This document shows, piece after piece, positions 1 through 10,417 of a DNA stretch of 64,000 nt. The position numbers and the translations under genes are program-made. Below the pieces are notes generated by a model. That model had not been told where the DNA came from. It did not search any database and saw only the letters and a program-made list of their open reading frames with translations. How positions within the stretch are numbered: position 1 is the stretch's first letter; each line of letters begins with the position of its first letter. Location: assembly GCA_027310185.1 (NCBI GenBank), contig DAIDBH010000019.1, positions 64,001 to 128,000 of the forward strand. The letters run 5' to 3'. This stretch comes from Thermoplasmatales archaeon. GTDB taxonomy: Archaea > Thermoplasmatota > Thermoplasmata > Thermoplasmatales > Thermoplasmataceae.

Positions 1-1
1 T

Positions 2-550
2 GGAAATTTAGACACAATCATGGAAAGAATGAAAAAGTCATATGAGTCACTCAGGGAGAGAAATGAGAATTTTATAGAGCTGCAGAATGATGAAATTTCA
101 ATGAAAGAGCTTGGAATTGCACAGTCTGAAGCCTATAATGGCACCCCAGATGAATTTCTGCTGATTCAGAAGGATGGCAATAATATCACGCCAGAAATTA
201 TAAATTCAGGTTATTACGGAAAAATCCTTTTTACACCTTCCAGGATTCTCCATAACGGTGAGATAATTGGCTCGGTGCAGGTTAGTGATGGTTCATTTGA
301 ATTTTTCAGGATAAATACGCCACTTCTGGTTGATCTTTTCATATCAAAAAAATATCAGGGAAAAGGATATGGTAGTTATCTTTTGTATCAGTCCTGTAAA
401 AAACTGAAAAATCTTGGATACAGTAATGTTCAGTTATGGGTAAATCGTGATTCCACATCTTATAAATTCTATAAGGATTCAGGATTTCAGGACGAGGGAG
501 AGGACGATCTAATGTATTACAGGGACTTTCGTAGGGTTGTCACAAATTAA
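2..550 (+). CDS. GNAT family N-acetyltransferase, probably 5'-truncated by the window edge
   Basis: GNAT motif A (LFISKKYQGKGYGSYLL) and C-terminal FYKDSGF. The frame is open from position 2, so the true start may lie upstream. Confidence 0.8.
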   Translation, partial: GNLDTIMERMKKSYESLRERNENFIELQNDEISMKELGIAQSEAYNGTPDEFLLIQKDGNNITPEIINSGYYGKILFTPSRILHNGEIIGSVQVSDGSFEFFRINTPLLVDLFISKKYQGKGYGSYLLYQSCKKLKNLGYSNVQLWVNRDSTSYKFYKDSGFQDEGEDDLMYYRDFRRVVTN

Positions 551-599
551 TACCCATATGGGTTATTTTCAAATCATCAAGTAAGACCAGTAATTTCGT

Positions 600-1556
600 T
601 TACAACATTGAGATCAGGAAATTAACCGCTATAACACTTACGGGGATGGATATGTTGTCATCCACGGGATATCTGGAAACAGATTCTGCAAATGTTGCAA
701 CTATTGCAAGAAGCACATATAGGGGACCAAGGATAGCATATGCGAAAATGGCTGTTGGAATAAGCATGAACAGAAAACCGCCTATACTCTTTTTGTGATT
801 ATAGAAAAGTTTTCTCGTCCTTATATTTACGCCTCCTATGGTTGCCAGTGAGTCTCCTATTGCCATTGCAAAGACTCCAATTTCAACAACCCGCCATCTG
901 AGGGACAGTGCAATCAATATCATCAATCCGGCAATAAACCACAGGCTGCCCACTCCAGGTTGTACATTATTTCTCTCAAAACGAAGGATTGCCTTTGATA
1001 TTCTTGATTCCCTCTCAACGGCAGCAACATTAACGAGTACTATGCTGATCAGGATTGCAAGTAGTAGTCCTCCTTCCAGGAGTACCTTTGGTATCAAGAT
1101 GATGGCAAGCAGTATGATTATTCCTGAGCATATCTGAACAATATCTCTTTCAACCTCTGTCTTTTTCTTCTTTCCTCTTTCATTCTCATTATCAAGGTTC
1201 ATAAGTCTTACACTGTTCGATAGCAGCAGTGAAATTGAGATACCAACTCCCAGTGAAAGTGTCTCGTGAAGAAGAGGAGAGATACTGAAATACAGGGTTC
1301 CGTCAACTATGGTTATGAATATTAGTATGAATATGAAGACATATGAGTTCCTCGAGTAAAGAGTATTTATGGAGAGAGTTCCAAGAACAACAATTGCAAA
1401 ATCTATGGTATCTGGAAAAATAAGATAGAACAGCAATCCAATAAGAAGCGAAACGATCAGGGAATAATCAATCAATTTATACCGAAAAAGGTGGAACAAG
1501 ATGATACTTCCAACAATTATCACAACGTTAAAAAGAAGAAAATCAAGAAATATCAC
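600..1556 (-). CDS. Dolichol/phytol kinase-like (CTP-dependent polyprenol kinase) membrane protein
   Basis: Multi-pass hydrophobic protein with GDSLATIGG, KKSIGG and VDDNISIP motifs typical of the family. Confidence 0.75.
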   Translation of the reverse strand: MIFLDFLLFNVVIIVGSIILFHLFRYKLIDYSLIVSLLIGLLFYLIFPDTIDFAIVVLGTLSINTLYSRNSYVFIFILIFITIVDGTLYFSISPLLHETLSLGVGISISLLLSNSVRLMNLDNENERGKKKKTEVERDIVQICSGIIILLAIILIPKVLLEGGLLLAILISIVLVNVAAVERESRISKAILRFERNNVQPGVGSLWFIAGLMILIALSLRWRVVEIGVFAMAIGDSLATIGGVNIRTRKLFYNHKKSIGGFLFMLIPTAIFAYAILGPLYVLLAIVATFAESVSRYPVDDNISIPVSVIAVNFLISML

Positions 1557-1589
1557 GGGATATAATTAATTACTAATATAAAAAATTGG

Positions 1590-2261
1590 TTAAAGTGGGA
1601 AGTCCATATTACCAAAAGCCTTTTTCCAGTCGTCCAGGAATCTGGTCAAACCTTCTGTGGTTTTAGGGTGACTTGGGAGTTTTGATAAAACATCGAATGG
1701 CAGCGTTATTACGTCTGCCCCCATGATCATCGATCTCAAAACATGCAATGGACTCCTGATTGATGCTACCAGGATATTTGTCTTCATGCCGTAATTTGTA
1801 TAGATAGTCTTTATCTGTTCTATTACCGACATGCCGTCCTCCGCGATATCATCAAGCCTGCCTACAAATGGTGATACATATCTTGCACCTGCCTTTGCAG
1901 CAAACAGTGCCTGTATGCCACTGAAGATAAGCGTTGAATTAACCGGTATCCCCTTGTCTGAAAGAGCCTTTGTCACCTTTAGTCCGACGGTAGTAAATGG
2001 AACTTTAACAACAGCATTTTTTCCAAGTTCACTTATTTTGAAGGCCTGTTTCAACATGTTATCGTAATCCTCTGCTATGACTTCAATGCTTACCGGTCCC
2101 GGAGTTTCCTTGAGAATTCTGGTAACAATATCTTTAAAGCTTCCGCTATTTTTCATTTCTTTTGCTATCAGTGATGGGTTTGTTGTGACTCCATCAAGTA
2201 GTCCCCATTCATTGGCCTGCTTTATCTCTGTTAAATTTGCCGTATCAAGAAATAGTTTCAT
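1590..2261 (-). CDS. tal: Transaldolase (short FSA/TalC type)
   Basis: [21 protein letters not shown] (Schiff-base Lys), [11 protein letters not shown]; in an operon with transketolase. Confidence 0.93.
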   Translation of the reverse strand: MKLFLDTANLTEIKQANEWGLLDGVTTNPSLIAKEMKNSGSFKDIVTRILKETPGPVSIEVIAEDYDNMLKQAFKISELGKNAVVKVPFTTVGLKVTKALSDKGIPVNSTLIFSGIQALFAAKAGARYVSPFVGRLDDIAEDGMSVIEQIKTIYTNYGMKTNILVASIRSPLHVLRSMIMGADVITLPFDVLSKLPSHPKTTEGLTRFLDDWKKAFGNMDFPL

Positions 2262-3201
2262 ATTTTTTCTCCTCCCTGAATGATTTCACACCAGCTGAGA
2301 CGATATCATTTACACCCATATGAAAATAATCAAACAACTCCCATGACTTTCCTGATTTACCAAAGGAGTCTTTCATGCCAACCCTAACAACAGGTACAGG
2401 ATATTCCTCAGAAGTTACCTCGCATACCCTGCTTCCAAGACCATTGTAGATTGAATGTTCTTCAGCAGTTACTATATGTCCTGTCTTTTTCGCATAGTCT
2501 ACTATATTGGCCCTGTCAATGGGTTTGATGGAGGACACGTTAATAACCGCAGTATCTATTGCAAGCTCCTTAAGTTTTTCTGCTGCTTCGAGGGCGAATG
2601 AAAGCATGGACCCATTTGCAAAAATTGTCAGGTCACTCCCGTCTCTTAAAACGGTATTTTTCCCCTCCCTAAATTGATAATCATTCTCATTCACTACTGC
2701 AAATTTTTCCCTGGTTAATCTGACATAGTAGGGGGTTTTAGTCTTTTCAACAAGGTAATCTATTACAGACTCAGTTTCTATGGAATCTGCCGGAACTATG
2801 ACTTTCATGTTGGGAAGTCCGCTCATTAACCCAATGTCTTCTACCATCTGATGAGTCGCACCATCTTCTCCTACTGTTATACCTGCATGAGTTACAACAA
2901 ATTTCACGTTTATATTATTGTAACAAACCGACTGCCGTATCTGCTCATAGGTTCTTGTGAGAAAAATTGCGAATGTTGAAACAAATGGCTTCAAATCACT
3001 TAGGGCCATCCCAGCTGCTGTTGTTACCATAGACTGTTCTGAAATACCCATGTTAAAAAACCTGTCTGGGAATTCCTTACCAAAGGCCTGAGTCTTTGTT
3101 GAACTTGACAGATCTGCATCAAGAACAACAAGGTCACTGTGGTTCTTTCCGAGCTCCACTAGCTTCCTTCCATACGCTTCTCTTAAACTTTCACTCTTCA
3201 T
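2245..3201 (-). CDS. Transketolase C-terminal subunit
   Basis: [38 protein letters not shown]. Start trimmed to ATG 3201. Confidence 0.93.
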   Translation of the reverse strand: MKSESLREAYGRKLVELGKNHSDLVVLDADLSSSTKTQAFGKEFPDRFFNMGISEQSMVTTAAGMALSDLKPFVSTFAIFLTRTYEQIRQSVCYNNINVKFVVTHAGITVGEDGATHQMVEDIGLMSGLPNMKVIVPADSIETESVIDYLVEKTKTPYYVRLTREKFAVVNENDYQFREGKNTVLRDGSDLTIFANGSMLSFALEAAEKLKELAIDTAVINVSSIKPIDRANIVDYAKKTGHIVTAEEHSIYNGLGSRVCEVTSEEYPVPVVRVGMKDSFGKSGKSWELFDYFHMGVNDIVSAGVKSFREEKKYETIS

Positions 3202-4057
3202 AAATTCTAGCACCTATTTCACCCAAGGCCATTTCATACTCCTCATTTGATGCAGGAGGAGAGCCATGGTATTTTGGATTATTTTCCATATAGCTTACGC
3301 CCTTACCTTTCACTGTATTGGCTATCAGAAACACTGGCTTATCTGAGCTCTTTCTTGCAAAGTCAAATGCTTTCTGTATTTCATTAAAATTGTGGCCATC
3401 AAATTCCATCACGTTCCACCCAAAGGATTTGACTTTATCATAAACACTTCCCATTGGCATTATATCCTTTGTGAAACCATCAAGCTGTACTCCATTCTTG
3501 TCTAGTATTGCTACCAGGTTATTCAGCCTATATTTACTACCTGCCATAAGTGATTCCCACACGCTTCCCTCCTCGATTTCCCCGTCTCCAAGAATTGCAA
3601 AAACCCTGTAATCTTCCTTCTTGATTTTTGCAGCAATTGCCATTCCTACAGCTACTCCAAGACCCTGCCCGAGAGATCCTGTTGATGATTCAACACCTGG
3701 AACTCCACGATGAACATGTCCCTCTAGCTTTGAGTTCAGCTGTCTGAAATCCATGAGTAGTTCCTGAGGAAAAAATCCCCTCAACGCAAGGATGCTGTAT
3801 AATGCCGGAGATGCATGTCCCTTGCTCATTATCAGTCTGTCCCTTTTTGGCATTTCCGGGTCCTTTGGATCAATAATCATTTCCCTGAAGTAAAGGTCAG
3901 TCAGAATGTCTATTATACTGAGAGAACCACCAGGATGTCCACTTTTTGCGCTGTAAACCATCTTGATTATCAGGGATCTTGCAGACTGTGCTATCTTAAA
4001 AAGTGTTTTATTATCCAGTTTTTTATCCTGGATTTCCATATCACTAGGAAATTCCAT
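3191..4057 (-). CDS. Transketolase N-terminal subunit
   Basis: SGHPGGSLS, SKGHASPALY, STGSLGQG and the TPP motif GDGE...N. Confidence 0.93.
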   Translation of the reverse strand: MEFPSDMEIQDKKLDNKTLFKIAQSARSLIIKMVYSAKSGHPGGSLSIIDILTDLYFREMIIDPKDPEMPKRDRLIMSKGHASPALYSILALRGFFPQELLMDFRQLNSKLEGHVHRGVPGVESSTGSLGQGLGVAVGMAIAAKIKKEDYRVFAILGDGEIEEGSVWESLMAGSKYRLNNLVAILDKNGVQLDGFTKDIMPMGSVYDKVKSFGWNVMEFDGHNFNEIQKAFDFARKSSDKPVFLIANTVKGKGVSYMENNPKYHGSPPASNEEYEMALGEIGARIYEE

Positions 4058-4128
4058 CTCTTACCTTGCCCCAAATTACTTTATAGAAAATGAAATTAAA
4101 ACTTTTCCTATTTTTACAAACTAATAAA

Positions 4129-5199
4129 CTATGAAATTTCGTGCCTGTCTTTTCGTATATGAAACTCCTCCCCTTCAGGAATAATTCCCGTTGCAAAGAA
4201 TATTATCTTTACCTTCCCCTTGAAGGTATTATCGGTCTCCTGCCTGACAATTATATTTGCACCAGGTGATACCTTATCCTTCATGAATTTCATTGCCTTT
4301 TCCCTTTCCTCAACAGTAAGGGTATCATCACCAGAGATGCTTAGAAGAAGACCTCTGGCCTGGGAAATTTCTGAAGAGTTAAAGGGGGAATTCAATGCCG
4401 ATTCGCATGCTTCCATGATTCTCTGTTCCGGTGAGGAATCAGAAATTCCAACTCCAAATATGCCTAGACCGCCGAGTTCCAGTATTTTTTCCAGGTCAGA
4501 AAGTTCTGTGTTCACAGTCGCACTCTTAGAAACACTTTCGATCAGTCCTTCAATTGCATTCATCATTATTGAGTCAGCAAACTCGAGGGCCACATTGAAT
4601 AGTTCTCTTGGTGCATATTTTCTTATCCGGTCATTCTCAAAGAGGATGAGGGAATCACAGAATTGAATCAACTCAGATTCCCCTTTCCTGGCATTCTCCA
4701 TCCGCTTTTTTCCTTCGCTTGCCATGGGGAGGGAAGCAATGCCTATGACTATTGAATTTCTCTCCTTTGCCTTCATTGCAAGAAAGGGAGAAGACCCCGT
4801 CCCGGTTCCGCCACCAAGTCCTGTTACAATGATGGCAATCTTGACCCTGTCCAGGCTTTTTTCAATCTCTGTTTGGGATTCTCTCGCAGCAGCATTACCC
4901 ACCTGAGGATCTGCCCCAGCTCCCCTTCCCTTTGTAAGCTGCTTCCCAAGCACAATTTTCTCTTTCACCCCAATCTTACTGAGATGTGATGCATCAGTGT
5001 TAGCGGCCGCGAATGAGATTTCACAGTATGGTGAGTTGAAACTTCTATTTACCATTCTCTTGATAGTGTTGGAACCTGCACCACCCATCCCAAAGATCTT
5101 TATTCTCAGTTTATTCTCTTCAACAAGTTCTGTGAGTTTTTCCTTTGAAGTACCGTAATTCTCCTCTTCTTCATCAATGCTGGGATTCCCAGAAATCAT
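4129..5199 (-). CDS. ftsZ: FtsZ/tubulin-family GTPase (divergent FtsZ)
   Basis: GMGGAGSN, AANTD, GAGADP and the tubulin signature GLGGGTGTG. Start trimmed to ATG 5199. Confidence 0.85.
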   Translation of the reverse strand: MISGNPSIDEEEENYGTSKEKLTELVEENKLRIKIFGMGGAGSNTIKRMVNRSFNSPYCEISFAAANTDASHLSKIGVKEKIVLGKQLTKGRGAGADPQVGNAAARESQTEIEKSLDRVKIAIIVTGLGGGTGTGSSPFLAMKAKERNSIVIGIASLPMASEGKKRMENARKGESELIQFCDSLILFENDRIRKYAPRELFNVALEFADSIMMNAIEGLIESVSKSATVNTELSDLEKILELGGLGIFGVGISDSSPEQRIMEACESALNSPFNSSEISQARGLLLSISGDDTLTVEEREKAMKFMKDKVSPGANIIVRQETDNTFKGKVKIIFFATGIIPEGEEFHIRKDRHEIS

Positions 5200-5367
5200 A
5201 ATGAATAATAGTATAGGAATATATAAGTTATCTTTTTTGTTACCGGTATAATTTTCACGGTTCAAACTTAATGAGTACAACTGCCTGCGATATTTTGACT
5301 ATGAGACACTAAAAATAAAAATTTTATTGGAAAATAATCTTTGTTTACGCTTTAAATAAGGTTAAAA

Positions 5368-6972
5368 TCAACTGTAATATTTCTCCCTTAATTTCTTTTT
5401 GTCAACTTTTCCAGTAGAGGTCATTTCAAAGGAATCCACCCTCACATATTCATCAGGCATCCAGAATTTTTCTATTCTTCTTTCTTCCACGAACCTTTTC
5501 AGAAATTCATCGATTTCTTCTTTTTTAACGGTACCATTTGAGGTATAGAATGCCACAGGCCTTTCCCCCCACTTTTCATCTTTCTTTCCGATAATGGCGA
5601 CCCTGTCTATGCCATCATAAAGGCTAACTACATCTTCAAGTATCAAAGTAGGTATGAATTCACCCCCGGATTTAACTGCATCCTTCTCTCTGTCCACTAT
5701 ACAGAGATATCCTTTTTTGTCTATATATCCAAGGTCTCCTGTATGAAGCCATCCCTCAGCCCATAATTTTTTTGTAGCCTCAGCATCCTTGTAATATTCC
5801 CTTGCAACATATGGGGATCTAACGAGTATTTCACCGAACTTATTTTTTTCATCCTTATTTAGCTCGGATTTTGAATACATTATTTTAATTTCCACAAAAG
5901 GAGCTGGAATTCCAGCCTTGATTTCATATTCTTCTTTAGTTTTCTCGTCCAGGTTCTGAACCTCGCTGTTCAGAGTGGAAAATGAAACAAGGGGTGCTGT
6001 TTCAGATAAACCATAAGCACCAATGCTTGTGACATTAAAAGATTTAGCCCTGTTCTTTAGTTCCATGGTTAAGGCTCCACCCCCAATAATACATCTCAGG
6101 TTAAGCGATGGTAATACTTTGCTGGAATTTTTTGCGGCCAGTAACATATATAGTATGGAGGGGACCATAGCAGTTGTGCTTACCCTTTCACTTTCCATAA
6201 GTTCGAGTATTTTCTCAGGGTTATATCTTCCCGGGAGGACATATTTTAGACCTTTCAGAAGGAAAAGCTGGGGAAGACCCCAGGCGTGAACATGAAACAT
6301 TGGTACCAGTGGCATCAATGTATCGCCAGAACCAAGTGAGATCGGATAATCGGATACTGTGTTGGCAATTGAGAATGCATGAAGCACTATGTCCCTATGA
6401 GTAAATGATACGCCCTTTGGCATTCCAGTGGTTCCAGACGTATAGAAAAGTGTTGCAGTATCCTCTTCTGAAACATAGGGAAGAGATATATTGTCGTCCG
6501 TATTTACAAGATCTTCAAAATTTATTACGTTGTTAAATGGTAAGTTGATCTCTTCATTAGAAGTCCTGTAAATGATCCATCCTTTTATGAAACCAAATAG
6601 ATCCTTATATTGAACGAACATTTTGGCTATCTCATCTCTCAGTATTAAATATGAATCCTCTGCATGTTGAATAGTATAATATATGAGCTCAGTAGGATAT
6701 CTGATATTGACCGTATGCAGTATTGCACCGGTCATTGGAACAGCATAGAAAGCCTTTAGAAAATTGATTGTATCCCAGTCAAGAATCCCTATCTTATCCT
6801 TAGGCTTAACGCCAATTTTTACAAGGCCCTTTGCCAGTGATGTGACGTCACTTCCAAATCTGCTGAATGTAATTCTTCCAAATTCTGAATCAACTATTTC
6901 CTGACTGGGATTTCTAACCGTACTACTTCTTAAAAGATTTCCCAGTGTCAATTCGTATTTTACGTAAGTCAT
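5368..6972 (-). CDS. Medium/long-chain acyl-CoA ligase (AMP-forming)
   Basis: YTSGTTGMPKG, YGLSET, WLHTGD, DREKDAVKSGGE, TGKVDK. Start trimmed to ATG 6972. Confidence 0.9.
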   Translation of the reverse strand: MTYVKYELTLGNLLRSSTVRNPSQEIVDSEFGRITFSRFGSDVTSLAKGLVKIGVKPKDKIGILDWDTINFLKAFYAVPMTGAILHTVNIRYPTELIYYTIQHAEDSYLILRDEIAKMFVQYKDLFGFIKGWIIYRTSNEEINLPFNNVINFEDLVNTDDNISLPYVSEEDTATLFYTSGTTGMPKGVSFTHRDIVLHAFSIANTVSDYPISLGSGDTLMPLVPMFHVHAWGLPQLFLLKGLKYVLPGRYNPEKILELMESERVSTTAMVPSILYMLLAAKNSSKVLPSLNLRCIIGGGALTMELKNRAKSFNVTSIGAYGLSETAPLVSFSTLNSEVQNLDEKTKEEYEIKAGIPAPFVEIKIMYSKSELNKDEKNKFGEILVRSPYVAREYYKDAEATKKLWAEGWLHTGDLGYIDKKGYLCIVDREKDAVKSGGEFIPTLILEDVVSLYDGIDRVAIIGKKDEKWGERPVAFYTSNGTVKKEEIDEFLKRFVEERRIEKFWMPDEYVRVDSFEMTSTGKVDKKKLREKYYS

Positions 6973-7453
6973 GTGGAAATAAATATTACCAATATTATTC
7001 AAACTTCCCAACCTTTCATTTCAGTTAAATAGGAAAGAACGACAGTCTTACCCCATAAGCAGACAAATTCCATAGAATGTGCCCTATAGATTCACTTTCA
7101 GGATATCTGAGGTTTCTGTTCCATTCTGGTTAGAAATGGCGTAAAACAAAGAAAAAACTGGAAAATGTCATTCAATTCCTTATTATGGTGAGTAATATAA
7201 GCCTCAATATTATTCATAAATAAGCGTGGTATTACATAATGTAACTATTTAAACGAGTAAAAAAACTAAATATTATTTTCAAGCTATGGTATCAAAATAC
7301 GTTTGGCCATAGAGTAACTTGATATGTAAGACATAAAAACACTCGCAGACAGGAAAATTAAAGAATGTATTACAAAGTCTGATTTAAAGATAAAAAACAA
7401 TCCAATTAAATTTGATCGAATTTAGAAAAACTTGAAATTAGGTGTGATAACAA

Positions 7454-8380
7454 ATGGAAAATAGGAATACGATCAGTAAAAGTAAAGCTGATATTAGACA
7501 TGATAAGGAAGAAGACTTTCTATCCAGAGGTAATGTTTTCAAAAGGTCTGCTAAAAGGAATATCTATTACCTTATTTTTGCTATCCCTGCTTTGGCCTAT
7601 GTGATAGGACTTGCAATCGTTCCAGCTATAACAGTTGTATATGATAGCTTTATTGGAAAACATGGGTTCACTCTAGCCAATTATCTTGCTTTACCGAGTT
7701 ACGGACTGTATGGTGCTATAATAAATACTCTGCTTGTAAGCGTTGGTGCCCTTTTAATACAGCTTTTCATTGCGCTTGCAATTGCGATGGTACTGGTAAA
7801 GCCATTCAAGGGTAAGAAGGCTTTTTCCACATTAGTTATTATTCCACTAGGTATTTCTACCGTGGTAAGCGCTTTTGTATTTTCCATAATATTCCAGGCT
7901 GTTGGTGGATATGCTAACTCAGCGCTGGTTTCAATTGGATTAAAACCCATAGACTGGTTCAATACAAACAGTTCCTCACTAGGTGTTGTGATGTTCTCCG
8001 ATTTCTGGAAGAATACACCACTGGTTGCATTGATTCTATATGGTGGTCTTTCATCCCTCCCACCAACCCTCTATGAAGCAGCTTCAGTGGATGGAGCTGG
8101 TGCAGTAAGCCGATTTATACACATAACCTTGCCAAACATTGCACCCATAATGTCAATTGCGCTTCTGGTAAGGGGAGTCAGTGAATTCAATATTTTTGCA
8201 TTGCCGCTCGTAATTATAGGGTATCATCCACTTATAATGAATACATTGATATTCGAAAATTACTCCTCTCTGCAGACAAGAAACATTTCTTATGCAGCTG
8301 CAACAATCCTTCTGGCAATAATCATGGTGTATTCGGTTATAGTTGTAAGACTTGGAGGTGCGAAAGATCATGTCAAATGA
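7454..8380 (+). CDS. Carbohydrate ABC transporter permease (MalF-like)
   Basis: EAA loop LYEAASVDGA, WKNTP and several TM helices; SD-like GGTG upstream. Confidence 0.92.
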   Translation: MENRNTISKSKADIRHDKEEDFLSRGNVFKRSAKRNIYYLIFAIPALAYVIGLAIVPAITVVYDSFIGKHGFTLANYLALPSYGLYGAIINTLLVSVGALLIQLFIALAIAMVLVKPFKGKKAFSTLVIIPLGISTVVSAFVFSIIFQAVGGYANSALVSIGLKPIDWFNTNSSSLGVVMFSDFWKNTPLVALILYGGLSSLPPTLYEAASVDGAGAVSRFIHITLPNIAPIMSIALLVRGVSEFNIFALPLVIIGYHPLIMNTLIFENYSSLQTRNISYAAATILLAIIMVYSVIVVRLGGAKDHVK

Positions 8381-9197
8381 GAAGGGAAAATGGACAACAT
8401 ACATAGCAGTAATAATCCTAGCTATTGTATTCGTATATCCACTCTGGATACTGATCATTTATGCTTTCCAACCAGCATATCTAACATTTGACAAGATTTA
8501 TCCGGGTCAGATACCACTCGCTTTCACATTAAGTAACCTGATCCAGTCGTTCAAGGAAGTTGATTTAATTGGCCCTTTGACAAGAAGTCTGGAAGTTGCA
8601 TTCATGGTTGGTTTGATTGCGGTTGGACTTGGCATACCGGCTGGATACGGGCTTTCTAAACTTACTTCTGCACTGTCAAATAAATTAATCGTCTTCCTGT
8701 TCATAATCAACATGATGCCAGGACTGGTTATTGCAATACCAATATCAGTTTATTTTCTTCACGCAAATCTAGACAACACTGTCTTTGGTGTGGCATTTGC
8801 CCAGGAACTTGTTGTCCTGCCACTCTCGGTTTTTATTATGTTGAGTGGGTTTAGAAGCCTTCCACACGACCTGGAATACCAGGCAAGGGTAGACGGTGCT
8901 TCCTTTTCTTCAACATTTTTCAGGCTTCTAATGCCAATGATAAGGGTTCCAATTATGGTTGCCTTTTTACTGGCATGGATGACATCATGGGATGAGTTTA
9001 CTTATGCAGTGATTATTGCTCCTATAGTGCCAACAGATTCAACATTTCCTGTTACACTGTATAATTATGTTTCGAGGAATCTACCACTGGAATCCGCCAC
9101 ATTTGCTCTGGTAGCAACTATACCAGTCATAATACTGGCAGCGGTGCTTCAAAAGTACCTGAAAGGACAATATTTATCAGGAGGTTTAGTCGGATGA
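8370..9197 (+). CDS. Carbohydrate ABC transporter permease (MalG-like)
   Basis: EAA-like LEYQARVDGA and SWDEF. GGAGGTG SD precedes ATG 8370. Confidence 0.92.
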   Translation: MSNEKGKWTTYIAVIILAIVFVYPLWILIIYAFQPAYLTFDKIYPGQIPLAFTLSNLIQSFKEVDLIGPLTRSLEVAFMVGLIAVGLGIPAGYGLSKLTSALSNKLIVFLFIINMMPGLVIAIPISVYFLHANLDNTVFGVAFAQELVVLPLSVFIMLSGFRSLPHDLEYQARVDGASFSSTFFRLLMPMIRVPIMVAFLLAWMTSWDEFTYAVIIAPIVPTDSTFPVTLYNYVSRNLPLESATFALVATIPVIILAAVLQKYLKGQYLSGGLVG

Positions 9198-10216
9198 ACG
9201 TAAAAATGAGTTATGAAAATATTTATAAATTATACGGAAAGAAGAGAGTATTAAATAAACTGAATCTGGAAATATATGATGGTGAGTTTCTCGTAATACT
9301 TGGGCCCTCAGGAATGGGTAAGAGTACTTTATTGAGGACAACAGTGGGAATTGAGGACTTGACGGCTGGAAAGATAATTCTTGACGGTCAGGATATAAGT
9401 AAGTTGCCTCCCAATAAGAGAAATATCGCAATGGTGTTTCAGAACTATGCTCTTTATCCGAATATGACTGTTTATCAGAATATACAGTTTCCATTGAAAA
9501 TGGCAAAATATGAAAAGAGCAAAATAAAAGGTAAGATAGAATCTATAGCTGAAACGCTGAAGATTGGTGATGTTCTTCAAAGAAACATAAATCAGTTGAG
9601 TGGGGGTCAAAAGCAGAGGGTTGCTCTAGCCAGAGCACTTGTCAGGGATCCGAAGATTTTTCTTCTCGATGAACCCTTAAGCAATCTTGATGCAAGAGTG
9701 AGGTACACTGCAAGGGCTGAACTCAAGAAGATCCAAAAGGAACTCGGCCACACCTTTGTTTATGTGACACATGATCAAACAGAAGCTTCTACTCTATCTG
9801 ATAGGGTAGCTGTACTGAGAGACGGGAAAATAGAGCAGATAGGAGTTTTTGATGAGATATTGAATGAGCCAAAAAGCAAATGGCTTGGTGACTTTGTTGG
9901 AGAATATCCAATGAACTTCATTAACGGGGAAAGTTTCAACAACCCGGGCAAGATAATAGGATTCAGGGATCACTGGATAAGTGAGGGAAAAGATATTACT
10001 GGAACAGTTGAATGGTGTAACCAGGAAGAAGACAGTTTTCACGTGAGCTGTAGGTTTGATGATCGAAACCTGGAAAATGACTCAGACGATGAGGGCACAC
10101 ATCCCATAATATTGAAAACAAGCAAGAGATATGAGTTAGGGTCAAAGATCAGCTTCAGCCTTAAAAGATATAATATTTACAATGAAGATGGGTCTCTGTA
10201 TCAAGTAGTTAAGTAA
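9194..10216 (+). CDS. Carbohydrate ABC transporter ATPase (MalK-like)
   Basis: Walker A GPSGMGKS, VFQNYALYP, LSGGQKQR, LLDEPLSNLD, YVTHDQ. Confidence 0.95.
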   Translation: MNVKMSYENIYKLYGKKRVLNKLNLEIYDGEFLVILGPSGMGKSTLLRTTVGIEDLTAGKIILDGQDISKLPPNKRNIAMVFQNYALYPNMTVYQNIQFPLKMAKYEKSKIKGKIESIAETLKIGDVLQRNINQLSGGQKQRVALARALVRDPKIFLLDEPLSNLDARVRYTARAELKKIQKELGHTFVYVTHDQTEASTLSDRVAVLRDGKIEQIGVFDEILNEPKSKWLGDFVGEYPMNFINGESFNNPGKIIGFRDHWISEGKDITGTVEWCNQEEDSFHVSCRFDDRNLENDSDDEGTHPIILKTSKRYELGSKISFSLKRYNIYNEDGSLYQVVK

Positions 10217-10417
10217 GTAAAATTTAACTTATATTTTTAAATCTAGATAGGTATCTAATAAGACAACTATATTCTTACTGACTAGCATGACAGCTTCATT
10301 TATCATAGGGTTAGTCAGATGAACTTTATTCATTTCATATGGATCTTCACACTTTTCCTGAAGAGTTCCCGGAATCATTTCTATTAAAAAGTAAAAAAAA
10401 TTTGGTTATTTAAAAAT

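Noticed and set aside
1590-4057. Split transketolase as a frameshifted pseudogene
   Set aside because: Two-subunit transketolases are normal in archaea, and both halves are intact with overlapping start and stop.
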